Assembly (NCBI GenBank): GCA_964016885.1
Contig: OZ024741.1
Location: forward strand, 209,188,001-209,252,000
Direction: 5' to 3'
Source of the DNA: Eledone cirrhosa
Lineage: Eukaryota
DNA: 64,000 bases
Position 1 is the first letter of the stretch; each line of letters starts with the position of its first letter. Position numbers and translations under genes: made by a program. Shown piece after piece: positions 54,801 through 64,000 of this stretch. The notes under the pieces were generated by a model. That model saw only the letters and a list, made by a program, of their open reading frames with translations. It had not been told where the DNA came from and searched no databases.

Positions 54801-57800
54801 TATCTCCGTAAAATAACGAGTGGTGGCTGCGTAAAATAATGAATTACACACGAAAATGAGAAAATTTCGATTCTCGATCGTGGGCCGGCCGGATGTCGGA
54901 TCGATTCGTAAATACAAGGATAATGTGCGGACACTCCTTGGCTGTGTGCGGCATGATTTTCAGGACGATATCTCCGTAAAATCAAGAGTTGATAACCCCA
55001 ACTTAACTTAACCCCAACTTAACTTAACCGCAACTTAACTTAACCGCAACCTAACTTAACCCCAACTTAACTTAACCGCAACCTAACTTAACCCCAACTT
55101 AACTTAACCGCAACTTAACTTAACCGCAACTTAGCTTAACCCCAACCCTTGGTGGGATCGATCTGTAATTACTGGTACATGTGCAGACACTGATTGGCTG
55201 TGTGTGGCCTGATTTTCAGAAAGATATCTCCGTAAAATAACGAGTGGTGGCTGCGTAAAATAATGAATTACGCACGAAAATGAGAAAATTTCGATTCTCG
55301 ATCGTGGGCCGGCCGGATGTCTGATCGATTCGTAAATACAAACAAGGATAATGTGCGGACACTCCTTGGCTGTGTGCGGCATGATTTTCAGGACGATATC
55401 TCCGTAAAATCAAGAGTTGATAACCCCAACTTAACTTAACCCCAACTTAACTTAACCGCAACTTAACTTAACCGCAACCTAACTTAACCCCAACTTAACT
55501 TAACCGCAACCTAACTTAACCCCAACTTAACTTAACCGCAACTTAACTTAACCCCAACCTAACTTAACCCCAACTTAACTTAACCGCAACTTAACTTAAC
55601 CGCAACCTAACTTAACCCCAACTTAACTTAACCGCAACTTAACTTAACCGCAACTTAGCTTAACCCCAACCCTTGGTGGGATCGATCTGTAATTACTGGT
55701 ACATGTGCAGACACTCATTGGCTGTGTGTGGCCTGATTTTCAGAAAGATATCTCCGTAAAATAACGAGTGGTGGCTGCGTAAAATAATGAATTACGCACG
55801 AAAATGAGAAAATTTCGATTCTCGATCGTGGGCCGGCCGGATGTCGCATCGATTCGTAAATAGAAGGATAATGTGCGGACACTCCTTGGCTGTGTGCGGC
55901 ATGATTTTCAGGACGATATTTCCGTAAAATCAAGAGTTGATAACCCCAACTTAACTTAACCCCAACTTAACTTAACCCCAACTTAACTTAACCGCAACCT
56001 AACTTAACCCCAACTTAACTTAACCCCAACCTAACTTAACCCCAACTTAACTTAACCGCAACTTAACTTAACCGCAACCTAACTTAACCCCAACTTAACT
56101 TAACCGCAACTTAACTTAACCGCAACTTAGCTTAACCCCAACCCTTGGTGGGATCGATCTGTAATTACTGGTACATGTGCAGACACTCATTGGCTGTGTG
56201 TGGCCTGATTTTCAGAAAGATATCTCCGTAAAATAACGAGTGGTGGCTGCGTAAAATAATGAATTACGCACGAAAATGAGAAAATTTCGATTCTCGATCG
56301 TGGGCCGGCCGGATGTCGGATCGATTCGTAAATACAAGGATAATGTGCGGACACTCCTTGGCTGTGTGCGGCATGATTTTCAGGACGATATCTCCGTAAA
56401 ATCAAGAGTTGATAACCCCAACTTAACTTAACCCCAACTTAACTTAACCGCAACTTAACTTAACCGCAACCTAACTTAACCCCAACTTAACTTAACCGCA
56501 ACCTAACTTAACCCCAACTTAACTTAACCGCAACTTAACTTAACCCCAACCTAACTTAACTCCAACTTAACTTAACCGCAACTTAACTTAACCGCAACCT
56601 AACTTAACCCCAACTTAATTTAACCGCAACTTAACTTAACCGCAACTTAGCTTAACCCCAACCCTTGGTGGGATCGATCTGTAATTAATGGTACATGTGC
56701 AGACACTTATTGGCTGTGTGTGGCCTGATTTTCAGAAAGATATCTCCGTAAAATAACGAGTGGTGGCTGCGTAAAATAATGAATTACGCACGAAAATGAG
56801 AAAATTTCGATTCTCGATCGTGGGCCGGCCGGATGTCGGATCGATTCGTAAATACAAGGATAATGTGCGGACACTCCTTGGCTGTGTGCGGCATGATTTT
56901 CAGGACGATATCTCCGTAAAATCAAGAGTTGATAACCCCAACTTAACTTAACCCCAACTTAACTTAACCGCAACTTAACTTAACCGCAACCTAACTTAAC
57001 CCCAACTTAACTTAACCGCAACCTAACTTAACCCCAACTTAACTTAACCGCAACTTAACTTAACCCCAACCTAACTTAACCCCAACTTAACTTAACCGCA
57101 ACTTAACTTAACCGCAACCTAACTTAACCCCAGCTTAACTTAACCGCAACTTAACTTAACCCCAACTTAGCTTAACCCCAACCCTTGGTGGGATCGATCT
57201 GTAATTACTGGTACATGTGCAGACACTCATTGGCGGTGTGTGGCCTGATTTTCAGAAAGATATCTCCGTAAAATAACGAGTGTGATGGCTGCGTAAAATA
57301 ATGAATTACGCACGAAAATGAGAAAATTTCGATTCTCGATCGTGGGCCGGCCGGATGTCGCATCGATTCGTAAATAGAAGGATAATGTGCGGACACTCCT
57401 TGGCTGTGTGCGGCATGATTTTCAGGACGATATTTCCGTAAAATCAAGAGTTGATAACCCCAACTTAACTTAACCCCAACTTAACTTAACCCCAACTTAA
57501 CTTAACCCCAACTTAACTTAACCGCAACTTAACTTAACCGCAACCTCACTTAACCCCAACTTAACTTAACCGCAACCTAACTTAACCACAACTTAACTTA
57601 ACCGCAACTTAACTTAACCCCAACCTAACTTAACCCCAACTTAACTTAACCGCAACTTAACTTAACCGCAACCTAACTTAACCCCAACTTAACTTAACCG
57701 CAACTTAACTTAACCGCAACTTAGCTTAACCCCAACCCTTGGTGGGATCGATCTGTAATTACTGGTACATGTGCAGACACTCATTGGCTGTGTGTGGCCT

Positions 57801-60800
57801 GATTTTCAGAAAGATATCTCCGTAAAATAACGAGTGGTGGCTGCGTAAAATAATGAATTACACACGAAAATGAGAAAATTTCGATTCTCGATCGTGGGCC
57901 GGCCGGATGTCGGATCGATTCGTAAATACAAGGATAATGTGCGGACACTCCTTGGCTGTGTGCGGCATGATTTTCAGGACGATATCTCCGTAAAATCAAG
58001 AGTTGATAACCCCAACTTAACTTAACCCCAACTTAACTTAACCGCAACTTAACTTAACCGCAACCTAACTTAACCCCAACTTAACTTAACCGCAACCTAA
58101 CTTAACCCCAACTTAACTTAACCGCAACTTAACTTAACCGCAACTTAGCTTAACCCCAAACCTTGGTGGGATCGATCTGTAATTACTGGTACATGTGCAG
58201 ACACTGATTGGCTGTGTGTGGCCTGATTTTCAGAAAGATATCTCCGTAAAATAACGAGTGGTGGCTGCGTAAAATAATGAATTACGCACGAAAATGAGAA
58301 AATTTCGATTCTCGATCGTGGGCCGGCCGGATGTCTGATCGATTCGTAAATACAAACAAGGATAATGTGCGGACACTCCTTGGCTGTGTGCGGCATGATT
58401 TTCAGGACGATATCTCCGTAAAATCAAGAGTTGATAACCCCAACTTAACTTAACCCCAACTTAACTTAACCGCAACTTAACTTAACCGCAACCTAACTTA
58501 ACCCCAACTTAACTTAACCGCAACCTAACTTAACCCCAACTTAACTTAACCGCAACTTAACTTAACCCCAACCTAACTTAACCCCAACTTAACTTAACCG
58601 CAACTTAACTTAACCGCAACCTAACTTAACCCCAACTTAACTTAACCGCAACTTAACTTAACCGCAACTTAGCTTAACCCCAACCCTTGGTGGGATCGAT
58701 CTGTAATTACTGGTACATGTGCAGACACTCATTGGCTGTGTGTGGCCTGATTTTCAGAAAGATATCTCCGTAAAATAACGAGTGGTGGCTGCGTAAAATA
58801 ATGAATTACGCACGAAAATGAGAAAATTTCGATTCTCGATCGTGGGCCGGCCGGATGTCGCATCGATTCGTAAATAGAAGGATAATGTGCGGACACTCCT
58901 TGGCTGTGTGCGGCATGATTTTCAGGACGATATTTCCGTAAAATCAAGAGTTGATAACCCCAACTTAACTTAACCCCAACTTAACTTAACCCCAACTTAA
59001 CTTAACCGCAACCTAACTTAACCCCAACTTAACTTAACCCCAACCTAACTTAACCCCAACTTAACTTAACCGCAACTTAACTTAACCGCAACCTAACTTA
59101 ACCCCAACTTAACTTAACCGCAACTTAACTTAACCGCAACTTAGCTTAACCCCAACCCTTGGTGGGATCGATCTGTAATTACTGGTACATGTGCAGACAC
59201 TCATTGGCTGTGTGTGGCCTGATTTTCAGAAAGATATCTCCGTAAAATAACGAGTGGTGGCTGCGTAAAATAATGAATTACGCACGAAAATGAGAAAATT
59301 TCGATTCTCGATCGTGGGCCGGCCGGATGTCGGATCGATTCGTAAATACAAGGATAATGTGCGGACACTCCTTGGCTGTGTGCGGCATGATTTTCAGGAC
59401 GATATCTCCGTAAAATCAAGAGTTGATAACCCCAACTTAACTTAACCCCAACTTAACTTAACCGCAACTTAACTTAACCGCAACCTAACTTAACCCCAAC
59501 TTAACTTAACCGCAACCTAACTTAACCCCAACTTAACTTAACCGCAACTTAACTTAACCCCAACCTAACTTAACTCCAACTTAACTTAACCGCAACTTAA
59601 CTTAACCGCAACCTAACTTAACCCCAACTTAATTTAACCGCAACTTAACTTAACCGCAACTTAGCTTAACCCCAACCCTTGGTGGGATCGATCTGTAATT
59701 AATGGTACATGTGCAGACACTTATTGGCTGTGTGTGGCCTGATTTTCAGAAAGATATCTCCGTAAAATAACGAGTGGTGGCTGCGTAAAATAATGAATTA
59801 CGCACGAAAATGAGAAAATTTCGATTCTCGATCGTGGGCCGGCCGGATGTCGGATCGATTCGTAAATACAAGGATAATGTGCGGACACTCCTTGGCTGTG
59901 TGCGGCATGATTTTCAGGACGATATCTCCGTAAAATCAAGAGTTGATAACCCCAACTTAACTTAACCCCAACTTAACTTAACCGCAACTTAACTTAACCG
60001 CAACCTAACTTAACCCCAACTTAACTTAACCGCAACCTAACTTAACCCCAACTTAACTTAACCGCAACTTAACTTAACCCCAACCTAACTTAACCCCAAC
60101 TTAACTTAACCGCAACTTAACTTAACCGCAACCTAACTTAACCCCAACTTAACTTAACCGCAACTTAACTTAACCGCAACTTAGCTTAACCCCAACCCTT
60201 GGTGGGATCGATCTGTAATTACTGGTACATGTGCAGACACTCATTGGCTGTGTGTGGCCTGATTTTCAGAAAGATATCTCCGTAAAATAACGAGTGGTGG
60301 CTGCGTAAAATAATGAATTACGCACGAAAATGAGAAAATTTCGATTCTCGATCGTGGGCCGGCCGGATGTCGGATCGATTCGTAAATACAAGGATAATGT
60401 GCGGACACTCCTTGGCTGTGTGCCGCATGATTTTCAGGACGATATCTCCGTAAAATCAAGAGTTGATAACCCCAACTTAACTTAACCCCAACTTAACTTA
60501 ACCGCAACTTAACTTAACCGCAACCTAACTTAACCCCAACTTAACTTAACCGCAACCTAACTTAACCCCAACTTAACTTAACCGCAACTTAACTTAACCC
60601 CAACCTAACTTAACCCCAACTTAACTTAACCGCAACTTAACTTAACCGCAACCTAACTTAACCCCAACTTAACTTAACCGCAACTTAACTTAACCGCAAC
60701 TTAGCTTAACCCCAACCCTTGGTGGGATCGATCTGTAATTACTGGTACATGTGCAGACACTCATTGGCTGTGTGTGGCCTGATTTTCAGATAGATATCTC

Positions 60801-61299
60801 CGTAAAATAACGAGTGGTGGCTGCGTAAAATAATGAATTACGCACGAAAATGAGAAAATTTCGATTCTCGATCGTGGGCCGGCCGGATGTCGGATCGATT
60901 CGTAAATACAAGGATAATGTGCGGACACTCCTTGGCTGTGTGCCGCATGATTTTCAGGACGATATCTCCGTAAAATCAAGAGTTGATAACCCCAACTTAA
61001 CTTAACCCCAACTTAACTTAACCGCAACTTAACTTAACCGCAACCTAACTTAACCCCAACTTAACTTAACCGCAACCTAACTTAACCCCAACTTAACTTA
61101 ACCGCAACTTAACTTAACCCCAACCTAACTTAACCCCAACTTAACTTAACCGCAACTTAACTTAACCGCAACCTAACTTAACCCCAACTTAACTTAACCG
61201 CAACTTAACTTAACCGCAACTTAGCTTAACCCCAACCCTTGGTGGGATCGATCTGTAATTACTGGTACATGTGCAGACACTCATTGGCTGTGTGTGGCC

Positions 61300-64000
61300 T
61301 GATTTTCAGAAAGATATCTCCGTAAAATAACGAGTGGTGGCTGCGTAAAATAATGAATTACACACGAAAATGAGAAAATTTCGATTCTCGATCGTGGGCC
61401 GGCCGGATGTCGGATCGATTCGTAAATACAAGGATAATGTGCGGACACTCCTTGGCTGTGTGCGGCATGATTTTCAGGACGATATCTCCGTAAAATCAAG
61501 AGTTGATAACCCCAACTTAACTTAACCCCAACTTAACTTAACCGCAACTTAACTTAACCGCAACCTAACTTAACCCCAACTTAACTTAACCGCAACCTAA
61601 CTTAACCCCAACTTAACTTAACCGCAACTTAACTTAACCGCAACTTAGCTTAACCCCAACCCTTGGTGGGATCGATCTGTAATTACTGGTACATGTGCAG
61701 ACACTGATTGGCTGTGTGTGGCCTGATTTTCAGAAAGATATCTCCGTAAAATAACGAGTGGTGGCTGCGTAAAATAATGAATTACGCACGAAAATGAGAA
61801 AATTTCGATTCTCGATCGTGGGCCGGCCGGATGTCTGATCGATTCGTAAATACAAACAAGGATAATGTGCGGACACTCCTTGGCTGTGTGCGGCATGATT
61901 TTCAGGACGATATCTCCGTAAAATCAAGAGTTGATAACCCCAACTTAACTTAACCCCAACTTAACTTAACCGCAACTTAACTTAACCGCAACCTAACTTA
62001 ACCCCAACTTAACTTAACCGCAACCTAACTTAACCCCAACTTAACTTAACCGCAACTTAACTTAACCCCAACCTAACTTAACTCCAACTTAACTTAACCG
62101 CAACTTAACTTAACCGCAACCTAACTTAACCCCAACTTAATTTAACCGCAACTTAACTTAACCGCAACTTAGCTTAACCCCAACCCTTGGTGGGATCGAT
62201 CTGTAATTAATGGTACATGTGCAGACACTCATTGGCTGTGTGTGGCCTGATTTTCAGAAAGATATCTCCGTAAAATAACGAGTGGTGGCTGCGTAAAATA
62301 ATGAATTACGCACGAAAATGAGAAAATTTCGATTCTCGATCGTGGGCCGGCCGGATGTCGGATCGATTCGTAAATACAAGGATAATGTGCGGACACTCCT
62401 TGGCTGTGTGCGGCATGATTTTCAGGACGATATCTCCGTAAAATCAAGAGTTGATAACCCCAACTTAACTTAACCCCAACTTAACTTAACCGCAACTTAA
62501 CTTAACCGCAACCTAACTTAACCCCAACTTAACTTAACCGCAACCTAACTTAACCCCAACTTAACTTAACCGCAACTTAACTTAACCCCAACCTAACTTA
62601 ACCCCAACTTAACTTAACCGCAACTTAACTTAACCGCAACCTAACTTAACCCCAACTTAACTTAACCGCAACTTAACTTAACCGCAACTTAGCTTAACCC
62701 CAACCCTTGGTGGGATCGATCTGTAATTACTGGTACATGTGCAGACACTCATTGGCTGTGTGTGGCCTGATTTTCAGAAAGATATCTCCTTAAAATAACG
62801 AGTGGTGGCTGCGTAAAATAATGAATTACGCACGAAAATGAGAAAATTTCTATTCTCGATCCTGGGCCGGCCGGATGTCGGATCGATTCGTAAATACAAG
62901 GATAATGTGCGGACACTCCTTGGCTGTGTGCGGCATGATTTTCAGGACGATATCTCCGTAAAATCAAGAGTTGATAACCCCAACTTAACTTAACCCCAAC
63001 TTAACTTAACCGCAACTTAACTTAACCGCAACCTAACTTAACCCCAACTTAACTTAAACGCAACCTAACTTAACCCCAACTTAACTTAACCGCAACTTAA
63101 CTTAACCCCAACCTAACTTAACCCCAACTTAACTTAACCGCAACTTAACTTAACCGCAACCTAACTTAACCCCAACTTAACTTAACCGCAACTTAACTTA
63201 ACCGCAACTTAGCTTAACCCCAACCCTTGGTGGGATCGATCTGTAATTACTGGTACATGTGCAGACACTCATTGGCTGTGTGTGGCCTGATTTTCAGAAA
63301 GATATCTCCGTAAAATAACGAATGGTGGCTGCGTAAAATAATGAATTACGCACGAAAATGAGAAAATTTCGATTCTCGATCGTGGGCCGGCCGGATGTCG
63401 GATCGATTCGTAAATACAAGGATAATGTGCGGACACTCCTTGGCTGTGTGCCGCATGATTTTCAGGACGATATCTCCGTAAAATCAAGAGTTGATAACCC
63501 CAACTTAACTTAACCCCAACTTAACTTAACCGCAACTTAACTTAACCGCAACCTAACTTAACCCCAACTTAACTTAACCGCAACCTAACTTAACCCCAAC
63601 TTAACTTAACCGCAACTTAACTTAACCCCAACCTAACTTAACCCCAACTTAACTTAACCGCAACTTAACTTAACCGCAACCTAACTTAACCCCAACTTAA
63701 CTTAACCGCAACTTAACTTAACCGCAACTTAGCTTAACCCCAACCCTTGGTGGGATCGATCTGTAATTACTGGTACATGTGCAGACACTCATTGGCTGTG
63801 TGTGGCCTGATTTTCAGATAGATATCTCCGTAAAATAACGAGTGGTGGCTGCGTAAAATAATGAATTACGCACGAAAATGAGAAAATTTCGATTCTCGAT
63901 CGTGGGCCGGCCGGATGTCGGATCGATTCGTAAATACAAGGATAATGTGCGGACACTCATTGGCTGTGTGCGGCATGATTTTCAGGACGATATCTCCGTA
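61300..64000. repeat. Long-range copy of the ~45000-47720 monomer series (offset 16278 bp)
   Basis: Private variants recur at 46471->62749 (GATCCTGGG), 46991->63269 (ACGAATGG) and 47681->63959 (GGACACTCATTGG). Confidence 0.88.

Larger units (their letters stand above)
8092..64000. repeat. Composite tandem satellite array (satellite 2): modal monomer 520 bp, roughly 110 head-to-tail copies, all in one orientation; open at the right window edge
   Basis: CCCTTGGTGGGATCGATCTGTAATTACTGG...CCGTAAAATCAAGAGTTGAT followed by a 16-mer block repeats continuously. ORF-track starts recur at 520-bp intervals (9904, 10424, 10944, 11464), with length variants. No inversion or foreign insertion was seen. Confidence 0.98.

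Noticed and set aside
8425-63487. More than 100 near-identical 65-83 aa minus-strand ORFs (MILRRYRPENHAAHSQG...)
   Set aside because: They start at non-ATG codons (the 72-aa class at TTG), show no recognisable domain, and mirror the A/B DNA subrepeat. Frameshifted (+2, +4) and stop-containing (47681) copies are amplified as freely as intact ones.
8092-64000. CRISPR-like repeat/spacer alternation
   Set aside because: There are no unique spacers, the unit sizes are far too large, and no cas genes are present.
1-64000. Autonomous transposon or telomeric retrotransposon insertion (SART/TRAS/HeT-A type)
   Set aside because: There is no long ORF, poly(A) tail, terminal repeat, target-site duplication or unique sequence anywhere in the window.
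8092-64000. Sequencing concatemer or collapsed-assembly artefact
   Set aside because: Monomers fall into consistent multi-SNP haplotype classes with ordered, position-dependent structure, unlike random error or exact repetition. The exact block order still needs read validation.

Overview
The window is entirely non-coding tandem-repeat DNA, most likely eukaryotic heterochromatin; an arthropod source is suggested only by AACCT/TTAGG-like motifs and is an inference. Positions 1-8090 are a very AT-rich satellite built from related ~26/46/56/65-bp subunits that all begin AAAAACCTAAAATA, with 2365-bp and 1616-bp higher-order periods. At ~8091 it joins abruptly to a head-to-tail composite satellite of roughly 110 monomers (modal 520 bp) that runs past the window end. 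Each monomer has a ~270-bp complex part (two ~92-96-bp diverged subrepeats around a palindrome-rich linker) and a ~250-bp strand-asymmetric, telomere-like minisatellite of 16-bp units, AACC[C/G]C-AAC[T/C]T-AACTT. Monomer length varies almost only in 16-bp steps. Variant monomers form shifting higher-order repeats, with offsets of 6085, 3469, 2049, 2526, 3014, 3580 and 6212 bp and longer-range copies at 11765, 13814 and 16278 bp. All listed ORFs appear to be by-products of the repeats. The leading hypothesis is a complex telomeric/subtelomeric repeat analogous to telomerase-independent dipteran chromosome ends; centromeric or interstitial satellite is not excluded.
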